Part shown: positions 1-9,787 of the stretch, one piece after another | Numbering within the stretch: position 1 is the first letter of the stretch | Layout: every line of letters starts with the position of its first letter | Source: Bifidobacterium catenulatum | GTDB lineage: Bacteria > Bacillota > Clostridia > Lachnospirales > Lachnospiraceae | Direction: 5' to 3' | Length of the DNA: 47,764 bases | NCBI GenBank assembly: GCA_963600665.1 | Contig: CAVCCL010000197.1 | Coordinates: 1-47,764 of the forward strand | The notes under the pieces: model-generated | Databases searched by the model: none | What the model saw: only the letters and a program-made list of their open reading frames with translations | Told to the model about the DNA's origin: nothing | Translations under genes and position numbers: made by a program

Positions 1-1397
1 AGGATGGACAGTATGTAAATTGTGAATGGAGGAGGGTCGATTCACAGAGTGTAGCACTTACAGTTTCTATTGGCGGAATGTCAGATAGATATATCGTAGC
101 ATATTCATCACTTGATACGGCACCTGAGTTGACATTTACAGGTAATATTGCTGAGATATCCAAAGACTTTGCAGATGATAGTTATGAAAGAGCTGTTTAT
201 AAAGTTACTGTACCGCAGACAGGAGAGTATGCATCGTCACGTACAGGATATACTTCAAATACTCTTTATAATGCAGATGGAACTGAGGTATCAAGAAATG
301 AAAATAGTAGATATTCTCTAAAAAAAGGAGAAGTATATTACTTATGTGTTTCATTTTATAGAGATATGACAGTCAAATTTGGCGTTGCCTATGATGGAAC
401 ATGGGAGACAACAAAGAAGGCTACTTGTACCGAAACTGGAATAATGAGAAGAAAGAATCTTATTACCGGTGAATATGAGGAGAAGAGTATTCCAAAGATT
501 GATCATAAATATACAAAATGGGTAGTGACAGTTCCAGCCACCACAAAGGCAGCAGGCAAGAAAGAACTTGTCTGTGAGATGTGCAAATTGGAGTATGGTA
601 AAACACAGACCATAGCTAAGCTTAAGACAGTTACATTGAATACCAAATCATTTGATTACGATGGAAAGGAAAAGAAGCCATCAGTCACCGTGAAGGATGA
701 TAAGGGAAAGACAGTAAACAATAGCAATTATACAGTGACCTACAAGAACAACAAGTCAGTAGGCAAGGCAAATGTTACTGTTACATTCAAGGGTGATTAC
801 AGCGGCAAGGTCGATCTGACATTTACGATCCGTCCGGCTGCCACAAGTATCAAGACTGTACAGAACACTGCAAATGGAGTTAAGCTCACATGGACTAAGT
901 CAAATGGAGCTGGTGGATATATCGTATACAGAAAGGCTGGAAAGGGAAAGTACAGCAAGCTGGCCAATATAAGCAAAAACACAATACTGAGCTATACAGA
1001 TAAGTCAGCTAAAAATGGAACGGTATACACATATAAGGTTGTTGCGTGCAAGACAGCAGGCAAGACAAGTTACAATGCGGCTGACAGCAATCAGAAAACC
1101 ATCATGAGAATCACTTCGTCAAAGGTTACTAAGACCACAAACAAGGCAGGAAAGAAGATGAATGTTAAGTGGTCGGTAAATTCCAAGGCAGGAGGATATC
1201 AGATACAGTATTCTGTAAAGAGTAATTTTGCCAAGGCAAAGATTGTAAAAGTGACTGGAGCTAAAAAGTCCAATGTCACAATAGCAAAATTGGCCAAGAA
1301 GAAATATTATGTGAGAGTCAGAAGTTTCAAGAAGGTAGGAAAAACAACTTACTATTCTGCATGGAGCAAAAAGACAAATATTTCTATTAAGAAGTAA
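1..1397 (+). CDS. Surface/secreted protein with Ig-like and C-terminal fibronectin type III-like domains (5'-truncated by window)
   Basis: Frame is open from nt 3 (DGQYVNCEW...) through the ATG at 78, so the true start lies upstream. Contains a KATCT..G/CxxC motif, a YDGKEKKPSVTV...YKNNK Ig-like module and Lys-rich FN3-like ends (GYQIQYS, YYVRVRSFKK...YSAWS). Confidence 0.8.
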   Translation, partial: DGQYVNCEWRRVDSQSVALTVSIGGMSDRYIVAYSSLDTAPELTFTGNIAEISKDFADDSYERAVYKVTVPQTGEYASSRTGYTSNTLYNADGTEVSRNENSRYSLKKGEVYYLCVSFYRDMTVKFGVAYDGTWETTKKATCTETGIMRRKNLITGEYEEKSIPKIDHKYTKWVVTVPATTKAAGKKELVCEMCKLEYGKTQTIAKLKTVTLNTKSFDYDGKEKKPSVTVKDDKGKTVNNSNYTVTYKNNKSVGKANVTVTFKGDYSGKVDLTFTIRPAATSIKTVQNTANGVKLTWTKSNGAGGYIVYRKAGKGKYSKLANISKNTILSYTDKSAKNGTVYTYKVVACKTAGKTSYNAADSNQKTIMRITSSKVTKTTNKAGKKMNVKWSVNSKAGGYQIQYSVKSNFAKAKIVKVTGAKKSNVTIAKLAKKKYYVRVRSFKKVGKTTYYSAWSKKTNISIKK

Positions 1398-1424
1398 TGT
1401 GCAACATACAACGTAAATAACAGG

Positions 1425-1474
1425 TATCCACCGCACAGGGCATTCATACTCTGTGTGGTGGATATTTTATTTTT
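1425..1474 (+). terminator. Rho-independent terminator
   Basis: Stem TATCCACCGCACAGGG / CTCTGTGTGGTGGATA followed by TTTTATTTTT. Confidence 0.8.
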
Positions 1475-1489
1475 GGGGTGTTACTAAGG

Positions 1490-1518
1490 TTGCAAGGCTA
1501 ATAACCAGGTGTTACTAT
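1490..1518 (+). promoter_or_regulatory. Putative sigma-A promoter
   Basis: TTGCAA-N17-TACTAT with extended TG. Confidence 0.45.
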
Positions 1519-1574
1519 ATGATCAGGAGTTTATAAAATCAGGAATTATGGATATTCAGGATCAGGAGGGACAT

Positions 1575-4500
1575 ATGAAAAAGCTAGGAAAAACTATGGC
1601 TGTGCTGCTGTCGCTTGTGATGATGGGAACGATGCCGGGAGTGGTATCGCCTGTTACAGCGTACGGTGCGCAGACCAGTGAGAGTGAAGATACTGCGACG
1701 CTTGCAGCGGCCAGCGGATTGGGAGTTGAAAGTCACACACAGGAGGAAATAATAAATCACATCAAGGACAGTGGGGCACTCATCACAGATGATACAGTGT
1801 ACAAGACGGATTATTCGGCTGAACAGCCTTATAGTGCAGGCGTGCTGGACGAGTCGACACTCAACAGCGGTATCGCGATGCTCAACAATATCAGATACAT
1901 AGCCGGACTTAATTACGATGTGGCTCTTGACGATAGTTTCAATGAGGAGTGTCAGGCGGGTGCCCTGATAAACAAGATAAATGGAATGATCTCCCATTAT
2001 CCAGATCAGCCTTCAGGCATGAGTGATGAGATGTATCAGCTTGCATACAAGGGCTGCAATGAGAGCAACATAGCCTGGGGCTTTTCCACACTGAACAAAT
2101 GTATAGTTTTTGGATGGATGAGTGATGACGATGATGGAAATATAAGCAGCGTGGGACATAGAGCCTGGTGTCTGAATCCGACCATGGGCAAGACCGGATT
2201 TGGAGTGGTCGACAATTATTACAACATGCATTCATTTGACAGGAGCTATACTTCATCGGTCAAGAACATCTCATGGCCGGCGCAGAACATGCCTTTGGAA
2301 TATTTTGACAAGAATATGCCGTGGAGTGTATTTACCGGGTCCAGCGAGACTGCAAGTGATGTCAAGGTGACGCTGACAAGACAGAGTGACGGTAAGGTAT
2401 GGAATTTCTCTCAGGACAGTGCGGATGGATATTTTAATTGCACTAACTATATTCAGAGTGGAACCATCGTGTTCAGACCAAGTGATATAACGGGATACAA
2501 TGACGGTGATGTGTTCACGGTTTCCGTGACTGGAGTTAAGACACCTCTCTCGTATACGGTTTCCTTCTTCTCACTGGGAAGTGAGCTGGGACATGTGCAT
2601 TCATTTGGAAAAAGCAATTTTGTCGTGACAAGTGCAGATATTGATGCGATGACCCTTGAAGGTACTATGGCATGCGACAGTTGTGGTCAGAAATTCTATT
2701 CAACTGAAGGAACTATTACAAATCTCCTCACCAGCAATGTAACTTGTGATTTCAAAGGATATATACAGTTTGATTTTACTGCAAAATTATATGGATCGAA
2801 TTGGCAGGGCACGAATTATTACTATATAAATGGCCTTCCGCATAAGTATGGTGATGTAGAATTCACATGGGATGGTACGGATTGCACTGCTGATGCCAAG
2901 TGCTCCAGATGCGGTGATGTAGTCAGCGAGAAATGTACGGTGACCAGTAAAACAACTGCCACATGTACGGCGGATGGCGTGACAATCTATACTGCCGAAT
3001 ATGATGGCAAGACAGACACAAAGACGGTGGACACCCCTGCCACAGGCCATTCATTTACAGATTATGTGACCGATAACAATGCGACATGTCAGAAGGATGG
3101 AACAAAGACCGCGGAGTGTGAAAATGGTTGCGGAACGACAGATACGATAGCAGACGAGGGAAGCAAGGTATCCCACAAGTTTACTAATTATGTACCGAAT
3201 GGAGATGCTAATTGCACACAGGCGGGCACAAAGACGGCGGAGTGCGATTATGGCTGTGGCACGACAGATACAATAGAGAATGCAGATGAGGGAAGCAAGC
3301 TAGATCACAAGTTCACCAAGTATGTATCAAATGGAGATGCAACCTGTCAGGCGGACGGCACAAAGACTGCCAAGTGCGATTACGGTTGTGGCGAAGAAGA
3401 TACGGTTACCGATGAAGGCAGCAAATTAGATCACAGGTTTACCAAGTATGTATCAAATGGAGATGCAACCTGTCAGGCAGACGGAACAAAGACCGCGGAG
3501 TGTGATTACGGTTGCGGAACGACAGACACGATAGCAGATGAGGGAAGCAAGGTATCTCATAAGTATACCAAGTATGTATCGAATGGAGATGCAACCTGTA
3601 CGGCGGACGGAACAAAGACCGCGAAGTGTGATTATGGCTGCGGCGAGACAGACACTATAGCAGACAAGGGAAGTAAGTTAGATCACAAGTTTACGAAGTA
3701 TGTATCAAATAATGACGCAACCTGCACAGTGGATGGAACAAAGACTGCGAAGTGTGATTACGGCTGTGGCGAGACGGACACGATAGCAGACAAGGGAAGC
3801 AAGTTAGATCACAAGTTTACGAAGTATGTATCAAATAATGATGCAACCTGTACGGCAGACGGAACAAAGACCGCGAAGTGTAATTACGGTTGTGGCGAAG
3901 AAGATACGATAACAGAAGAGGGAAGCAAGTTAGATCACAAGTTTACGAAGTATACACCAAACAACGATGCAACCTGCAAGAATGTTGGAACAAAGACCGC
4001 GGAGTGCGACTATGGCTGTGGCACATTAGATACAGTAGATAATGCGGATGATCCACAGAAGGAGCACACCTTCACCAACTATATAACAGACAATAATGCA
4101 ACCTGTCAGGCGGACGGAACAAAGACGGCCGAGTGTGATTACGGTTGTGGAACGACAGACACGATAGCAGATGAGGGAAGCAAGGTATCTCATAAGTATA
4201 CCAAGTATGTATCAAATGGAGATGCAACCTGCACAGCGGACGGAACAAAGACTGCAGAGTGCGATTACGGCTGTGGCGAGACAGACACAATAGCAGACAA
4301 GGGAAGTAAGTTAGATCACAAGTATACCAAGTATGTATCAAATGGAGATGCAACCTGTACGGCAGACGGAACAAAGACCGCGAAGTGTGATTACGGTTGT
4401 GGCGAAGAAGATACGATAACAGATGAGGGAAGCAAGTTAGATCATAAGTTTACCAAGTATACACCAAACAACGATGCAACCTGCAAGAACGTTGGAACAA

Positions 4501-5468
4501 AGACAGCCGAGTGTGACTATGGATGTGGCACAACAGAGACAGTAGAAAATGTGGATGATCCACGGAGGGAGCACACCGCTGGTAAGTGGGAAGTCAGCAC
4601 AAAGGCCACGGACAAGGCAGATGGAATTCTGGTAGATAAGTGTACAGAGTGTGGACAGATTATAGACAGCAAGAGAGTCCCTCAGATAGAAAATGTCAAA
4701 CTGGCATATACAAGCTGTACATATGATGGCACTGCTAAGAAGCCGGGAGTTACCGTATACGATGTTGATGGCAATACCCTGAAAAAGACAGATTATACTG
4801 TCAGCTACAAGAACAATAAGGCTTCAGGTGCAGCCAGTGTAACAGTGACATTCAAGGGCAATTATGCCGGAAATATCACAGCTACATTTGCAATAAATCC
4901 TAAAGCAGTTTCTATCAAAACAGCCGAAAATACGGCAAAGGGAGTCAAGCTCACTTGGAACCGGGCTGCAAATGGCACAGGATATGTAGTGTACAGAAGT
5001 GTAAATGGAAGCGCTTACAAGAAATACAAAACAATAAACAGCTTGTCTACTACATCTATGGTGGACAGCGGAGCAAAGAAGAGCGGCACTAAGTATGCAT
5101 ACAAGATATTTGTATACAGGACGGCTAACGGAAAAGTATATAATTCTTCCGCAAGCGCAGAAAAGGTGACATATTACATGGCAGCGCCGGCGTGGAAATC
5201 TTTGAAGAATTCCTCAGCCAGAGCAATGACCGTAAAGTATGGTAAGACCTCCGGTGCCACCGGATACCAGATACAGTATGCTACTGCCAAGACTTTTAAG
5301 GGTGCCAAGATCTTGAATATAGCCGGTGCAAAGAATGTGTCAAAGACAGTGAAACGTCTTGCTAAGAACAAGAGATATTATGTGCGTGTAAGGTCGTACA
5401 GAAAGTCCGGCAAAGTTACATACTATTCGGCGTGGAGCACGTCAAAGAACGTTGTTATAAAGAAGTAG
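1575..5468 (+). CDS. Secreted CAP/SCP-domain protein with 12 Cys/His repeats and C-terminal Ig/FN3 module
   Basis: SD AGGAGG before ATG 1575; signal peptide MKKLGKTMAVLL...; CAP motifs (LNNIRYIAGL, ISHYP, GHRAWCLNP..TGFG); repeat array; FN3-like tail similar to the upstream gene. Confidence 0.85.
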   Translation: MKKLGKTMAVLLSLVMMGTMPGVVSPVTAYGAQTSESEDTATLAAASGLGVESHTQEEIINHIKDSGALITDDTVYKTDYSAEQPYSAGVLDESTLNSGIAMLNNIRYIAGLNYDVALDDSFNEECQAGALINKINGMISHYPDQPSGMSDEMYQLAYKGCNESNIAWGFSTLNKCIVFGWMSDDDDGNISSVGHRAWCLNPTMGKTGFGVVDNYYNMHSFDRSYTSSVKNISWPAQNMPLEYFDKNMPWSVFTGSSETASDVKVTLTRQSDGKVWNFSQDSADGYFNCTNYIQSGTIVFRPSDITGYNDGDVFTVSVTGVKTPLSYTVSFFSLGSELGHVHSFGKSNFVVTSADIDAMTLEGTMACDSCGQKFYSTEGTITNLLTSNVTCDFKGYIQFDFTAKLYGSNWQGTNYYYINGLPHKYGDVEFTWDGTDCTADAKCSRCGDVVSEKCTVTSKTTATCTADGVTIYTAEYDGKTDTKTVDTPATGHSFTDYVTDNNATCQKDGTKTAECENGCGTTDTIADEGSKVSHKFTNYVPNGDANCTQAGTKTAECDYGCGTTDTIENADEGSKLDHKFTKYVSNGDATCQADGTKTAKCDYGCGEEDTVTDEGSKLDHRFTKYVSNGDATCQADGTKTAECDYGCGTTDTIADEGSKVSHKYTKYVSNGDATCTADGTKTAKCDYGCGETDTIADKGSKLDHKFTKYVSNNDATCTVDGTKTAKCDYGCGETDTIADKGSKLDHKFTKYVSNNDATCTADGTKTAKCNYGCGEEDTITEEGSKLDHKFTKYTPNNDATCKNVGTKTAECDYGCGTLDTVDNADDPQKEHTFTNYITDNNATCQADGTKTAECDYGCGTTDTIADEGSKVSHKYTKYVSNGDATCTADGTKTAECDYGCGETDTIADKGSKLDHKYTKYVSNGDATCTADGTKTAKCDYGCGEEDTITDEGSKLDHKFTKYTPNNDATCKNVGTKTAECDYGCGTTETVENVDDPRREHTAGKWEVSTKATDKADGILVDKCTECGQIIDSKRVPQIENVKLAYTSCTYDGTAKKPGVTVYDVDGNTLKKTDYTVSYKNNKASGAASVTVTFKGNYAGNITATFAINPKAVSIKTAENTAKGVKLTWNRAANGTGYVVYRSVNGSAYKKYKTINSLSTTSMVDSGAKKSGTKYAYKIFVYRTANGKVYNSSASAEKVTYYMAAPAWKSLKNSSARAMTVKYGKTSGATGYQIQYATAKTFKGAKILNIAGAKNVSKTVKRLAKNKRYYVRVRSYRKSGKVTYYSAWSTSKNVVIKK
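3048..4571 (+). repeat. Intragenic tandem array, 12 x ~126 bp (42-44 aa)
   Basis: Unit HKFTKYVSNGDATCxADGTKTAxCDYGCGxxDTIxDxGSKLD counted 12 times; 1524 bp = 508 codons. Confidence 0.95.
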
Positions 5469-5496
5469 AATAGTAAATTATTTGCACATATAGCGA

Positions 5497-5524
5497 TTGA
5501 CAAACCACAAATACTTGCTATACT
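5497..5524 (+). promoter_or_regulatory. Sigma-A promoter of ileS leader
   Basis: TTGACA-N16-TATACT with extended TG. Confidence 0.75.
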
Positions 5525-5583
5525 AATGGATAGATGGGTTCAGAAATGGCTTATACAGGCGGTTTTCTGGATCATATAAGATA

Positions 5584-5823
5584 AAAACGATGACAGAGAC
5601 AGTACGGAGTCTGCGAGATCAGCAGCGAGCCGGGGGCGGTGTGAGCCCGGTGACAGTAGAGACTTTCGGAATATCACTCTGGAGTTGCAGACCAAAAGAG
5701 ATTTACTCGAGTAGGCTCTGACGTATTTCCTGCGTTAAAGGGAGCGCATATGTTAGTATGTAAGTAATAGGTGGTATAACGAACTCAAAGCCCTTCGTCC
5801 TGATTACGACGAAGGGCTTTTTT
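5584..5823 (+). ncRNA. T-box riboswitch (Ile specifier)
   Basis: Stem I-like region with ATC specifier at 5673-5675 (GAATATCACTCTG); T-box AATAGGTGGTATAACG at 5766-5781; terminator AAAGCCCTTCGTC/GACGAAGGGCTTTTTT at 5787-5823; lies upstream of ileS. Confidence 0.9.
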
Positions 5824-5849
5824 ATATTTATCAAGAAAGGAAAGACGAC

Positions 5850-8800
5850 ATGTACGACAAGGTTTCGACTAAACTGGAATTCGTGAACAGAGAGCAGAAG
5901 GTATTGGACTTCTGGAAAGAAAATCAGGTATTTGAGAAGAGTGTTGAAGAGACAAAGGATCTGCCAACATACACATTCTATGATGGCCCTCCAACAGCAA
6001 ATGGTAAGCCACATATCGGACACGTTCTCACACGTGTAATCAAGGATATGATCCCTAGATATCAGACAATGAAGGGACATAACGTAGTTAGAAAGGCCGG
6101 ATGGGATACACACGGTCTGCCTGTTGAGCTCGAGGTTGAAAAGCTTCTGGGAATCGACGGCAAGGAGCAGATAGAGGAGTACGGACTGGAGCCATTTATC
6201 CAGAAATGTAAGGAGTCCGTATGGAAATACAAAGGCATGTGGGAAGAGTTCTCAGGCAAGGTTGGTTTCTGGGCTGATATGGACAACCCATATGTAACAT
6301 ACCATGATGATTTCATCGAGTCAGAGTGGTGGGCACTGAAGAAGATCTGGGATCAGGGACTTCTGTACAAGGGCTTCAAGATCGTGCCTTACTGCCCAAG
6401 ATGTGGAACACCTCTTTCAAGCCATGAGGTGGCACAGGGATACAAGACAGTCAAGGAGCGCTCAGCAGTAGTAAGATTCAAGGTTATCGGAGAGGACGCA
6501 TATTTCCTCGCATGGACAACAACACCTTGGACACTCCCTTCAAACGTAGCACTCTGTGTAAATCCAAATGAGACATACGTTAAGGTTAAGGCAGCAGACG
6601 GCTACACATATTACCTTGCACAGGCACTTGCAGACAAGGTTCTCGGCGGTCTTGCAAAGGAAGCTACAGACGATCAGGCAGCAGTTCCTGCGTACGAGGT
6701 TCTTGAGACATATGTTGGTAAGGATCTTGAGTACAAGGAGTATGAGCCACTCTATGAGTGTGTAAAGCCTGTATGTGAGAAGCAGCACAAGAAGGGTCAC
6801 TTCATCACATGTGACACTTATGTAACTATGACAGATGGTACAGGTATCGTTCATATCGCACCTGCATTTGGTGAGGACGATGCAAATGTCGGAAGAAACT
6901 ACGATCTTCCATTTGTACAGTTTGTAGATGGCAAGGGTGATCTCACTGAGGAGACTCCATTTGCCGGAATGTTTGTAAAGGATGCAGACCCTGAGGTACT
7001 TAAGGATCTGGACGCAAGAGGACTTCTCTTCGATGCTCCTAAGTTCGAGCATGAGTATCCACACTGCTGGAGATGTGACACACCACTTATCTACTACGCA
7101 AGAGATACTTGGTTCATCAAGATGACAGCAGTCAGAGACAAGCTGGTTAAGAACAATGACACTGTAAACTGGATCCCTGAGAGCATCGGTAAGGGACGTT
7201 TCGGCGACTGGCTGAAGAACGTTCAGGACTGGGGACTTTCAAGAAACCGTTACTGGGGTACTCCACTGAATATCTGGGAGTGTGAGTGCGGATGCAGACA
7301 TGCCATCGGATCAAAGGAAGAGCTCCGTTCAATGAGCGACAACTGCCCTGAGAACATCGAGCTTCACCGTCCGTTCATCGACGCTGTAACCATCAAGTGT
7401 CCTGAGTGTGGCAAGCAGATGCACAGAGTTACAGAGGTTATCGACTGCTGGTTCGATTCAGGATCTATGCCATTTGCACAGTGGCACTATCCATTTGAGA
7501 ATCAGGATATATTTGAGAAGCACTTCCCTGCTGATTTCATCAGTGAGGCTGTTGACCAGACAAGAGGATGGTTCTACTCACTTATGGCTATATCAACACT
7601 GCTGTTCGACAAGGCTCCGTTCAAGAACGTAATCGTTCTCGGACATGTCCAGGATAAGGATGGACAGAAGATGAGTAAGTCCAAGGGAAATGCGGTAGAT
7701 CCTATGGAGGCTCTGAACAAGTACGGTGCAGATGCCATCAGATGGTACTTCTACAGCAACTCAGCACCATGGCTTCCTAACAGATTCCATGAGGATGCAG
7801 TTGTTGAGTGTCAGAGAAAGTTCATGGGTACACTGTGGAACACATATGCGTTCTATGTACTCTATGCAAATATAGACAATTTCAATCCACTTGAGCATGA
7901 GCTGGAGTACGATAAGCTGTCACTTATGGATAAGTGGCTCCTGTCCAAGCTGAACTCAACAGTCAAGGCAGTTGACGCAAACCTTGGTGCATACAAGATT
8001 CCTGAGACAACAAGAGTTCTTGAGGAGTTCGTGGATGACATGAGTAACTGGTATGTCCGTCGTGGACGTGAGAGATACTGGGCAAAGGGCATGGAGCAGG
8101 ACAAGGTAAATGCTTACATGACTCTGTACACAGCACTTGTGACAATAGCACAGACTGTAGCTCCTATGCTTCCATTCATGGCAGAGGATATTTACCAGAA
8201 TCTGGTTAGAAATATAGACAATGATGCACCTCTCTCAGTTCATCTGTGCTCATTCCCAGAGGTGGATGAGAAGATGATCGATCCAGAGCTTGAGGCAGCT
8301 ATGGATGAGATCCTGAAGATCGTTGTTCTGGGACGTGCAGCAAGAAATACAGCAAATATCAAGAACAGACAGCCTATCGGCAAGATGTATGTCAAGGCTG
8401 ACAAGAAACTTGAAGGCGAGGAGAAGGCTATCATCGAGGATGAGCTGAACGTGAAGAGCGTTGAGTTCGACGATGATGTAAGCGCATATACAACATACAG
8501 CTTCAAGCCACAGCTTCGTACAGTCGGACCTAAGTACGGCAAGCACCTTGGCAAGATCAAGGAGCATCTGTCAGCTCTGGATGGCAACGCAGCCATGGCA
8601 GAACTCAAGGCAGAGGGCGCTCTGAAGTTTGAGGCAGACGGAGAGGAGATCGTTCTCACAGAGGCTGATCTTCTGATCGACATGGCTCAGATGGAAGGCT
8701 TTGTATCCGAGGCAGACGGCGGCGTGACGGTAGTCATCGACACCAAGTTGTCAGAGGAGCTTCTTGAGGAAGGATTTGTCCGTGAGATAGTATCCAAGGT

Positions 8801-9017
8801 TCAGACTATGAGAAAAGAGGCTGGATTCGAGGTTATGGACAAGATCACTGTATACGCTGACGGAAGCCAGAAGGCAAATGACATCATCTCAGCAAATGCA
8901 GATGCTATCATCGGCGATGTTATGGCAACCGAGATCGTAACCGGCTCAGTTGATGGATACACCAAGGAGTGGAACATCAACGGCGAGAAGGTAACTCTTG
9001 GAGTGAAGAAGAACTAA
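5850..9017 (+). CDS. ileS: Isoleucine--tRNA ligase (IleRS type 2)
   Basis: FYDGPPTANGKPHIGH, GWDTHGLP, WTTTPWTL and KMSKS motifs; 1055 aa with type-2 C-terminus. Confidence 0.98.
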   Translation: MYDKVSTKLEFVNREQKVLDFWKENQVFEKSVEETKDLPTYTFYDGPPTANGKPHIGHVLTRVIKDMIPRYQTMKGHNVVRKAGWDTHGLPVELEVEKLLGIDGKEQIEEYGLEPFIQKCKESVWKYKGMWEEFSGKVGFWADMDNPYVTYHDDFIESEWWALKKIWDQGLLYKGFKIVPYCPRCGTPLSSHEVAQGYKTVKERSAVVRFKVIGEDAYFLAWTTTPWTLPSNVALCVNPNETYVKVKAADGYTYYLAQALADKVLGGLAKEATDDQAAVPAYEVLETYVGKDLEYKEYEPLYECVKPVCEKQHKKGHFITCDTYVTMTDGTGIVHIAPAFGEDDANVGRNYDLPFVQFVDGKGDLTEETPFAGMFVKDADPEVLKDLDARGLLFDAPKFEHEYPHCWRCDTPLIYYARDTWFIKMTAVRDKLVKNNDTVNWIPESIGKGRFGDWLKNVQDWGLSRNRYWGTPLNIWECECGCRHAIGSKEELRSMSDNCPENIELHRPFIDAVTIKCPECGKQMHRVTEVIDCWFDSGSMPFAQWHYPFENQDIFEKHFPADFISEAVDQTRGWFYSLMAISTLLFDKAPFKNVIVLGHVQDKDGQKMSKSKGNAVDPMEALNKYGADAIRWYFYSNSAPWLPNRFHEDAVVECQRKFMGTLWNTYAFYVLYANIDNFNPLEHELEYDKLSLMDKWLLSKLNSTVKAVDANLGAYKIPETTRVLEEFVDDMSNWYVRRGRERYWAKGMEQDKVNAYMTLYTALVTIAQTVAPMLPFMAEDIYQNLVRNIDNDAPLSVHLCSFPEVDEKMIDPELEAAMDEILKIVVLGRAARNTANIKNRQPIGKMYVKADKKLEGEEKAIIEDELNVKSVEFDDDVSAYTTYSFKPQLRTVGPKYGKHLGKIKEHLSALDGNAAMAELKAEGALKFEADGEEIVLTEADLLIDMAQMEGFVSEADGGVTVVIDTKLSEELLEEGFVREIVSKVQTMRKEAGFEVMDKITVYADGSQKANDIISANADAIIGDVMATEIVTGSVDGYTKEWNINGEKVTLGVKKN

Positions 9018-9045
9018 ATAGCAATTTTTCCCTTGAAGGGTTTCG

Positions 9046-9113
9046 AAGGATACATGACACTGGGAATCCGCAGCTTTGGTTTGCGGAATTCCCTGTGGCG
9101 TGTATCTTTTTTT
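9046..9113 (+). terminator. Long hairpin terminator after ileS
   Basis: AAGGATACATG..GGGAATCCGCA / TGCGGAATTCCC..CGTGTATCTT plus T-run. Confidence 0.7.
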
Positions 9114-9264
9114 GTTGTAGGTATTGGGTGTAACTTGTTGTTTCGCGGTCGCTTTGAGGTTTTGGCGTGATTCGAGATTGCTTTTTGCCTAGTGGTTGAG
9201 GGCTTTATGTCTGGTCTGACCGCAGGTTTGTATCTTTTCCTCGTTATAATTATATTTTGTGCAT

Positions 9265-9360
9265 AAAATTATCGCTAAATTGAGAAAAACAGCTATAAAG
9301 ATACAAACTTTTGGAGAATTGTATCTTTTAGATGATTTCATGTGGTTTTGCGATAATTTT
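9265..9360. repeat. Imperfect ~96-bp palindrome
   Basis: AAAATTATCGC (9265-75)/GCGATAATTTT (9350-60) and AAAGATACAA (9297-306)/TTGTATCTTT (9319-28) share the same centre. Confidence 0.7.
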
Positions 9361-9394
9361 GTAAGCTTTTCAGAAATAATAGTGTATATAGAGA

Positions 9395-9476
9395 AAATTA
9401 CATGCAAGGGGAAATTATATGCAAGGGGAAATTACATGCAGGGGAAATTACATACAAGGGAAATTTGTACAAAGGG
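9395..9476. repeat. Intergenic tandem repeat, 5 x 16-17 bp
   Basis: AAATTACATGCAAGGGG, AAATTATATGCAAGGGG, AAATTACATGCAGGGG, AAATTACATACAAGGG, AAATTTGTACAAAGGG. Confidence 0.85.
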
Positions 9477-9787
9477 AATTCTTGTGTAACACAAATTGAG
9501 GGATGGCAAGCTGGATGAGATATTGCCAGGGAAATTTATTAAAATGGAACTGAAGTCAAATTAAAAGAGCGATAAGAATTGCCAATATAAAGGAATTACG
9601 ATTTATTAAGTTTGTGTATGTAGAGTGGTGGGAGTATATTATTTTATGAAGAAATTTTACACAGGGCTGCCAGAGCCACGCACAGATGGAAGCAAGCTGA
9701 AGTGCGGGAAGATGAACGTGTCTGCATATACAGCCACAGGCGTCACAGTATAGAAGCAGCCCGTCCGTAAATTGAAGGAGACAAAAG

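Noticed and set aside
1509..1574. Upstream start codons given by the ORF track (also 12106, 15646, 32356, 37707, 38876)
   Set aside because: Downstream ATGs have proper SD sequences and match family N-termini or signal peptides
3048..4571. Repeat array as CRISPR or DGR template
   Set aside because: In-frame coding repeats; no spacers and no reverse transcriptase
9395..9476. Possible CRISPR array
   Set aside because: Units are 16-17 bp and directly adjacent with no spacers; no cas genes in the window
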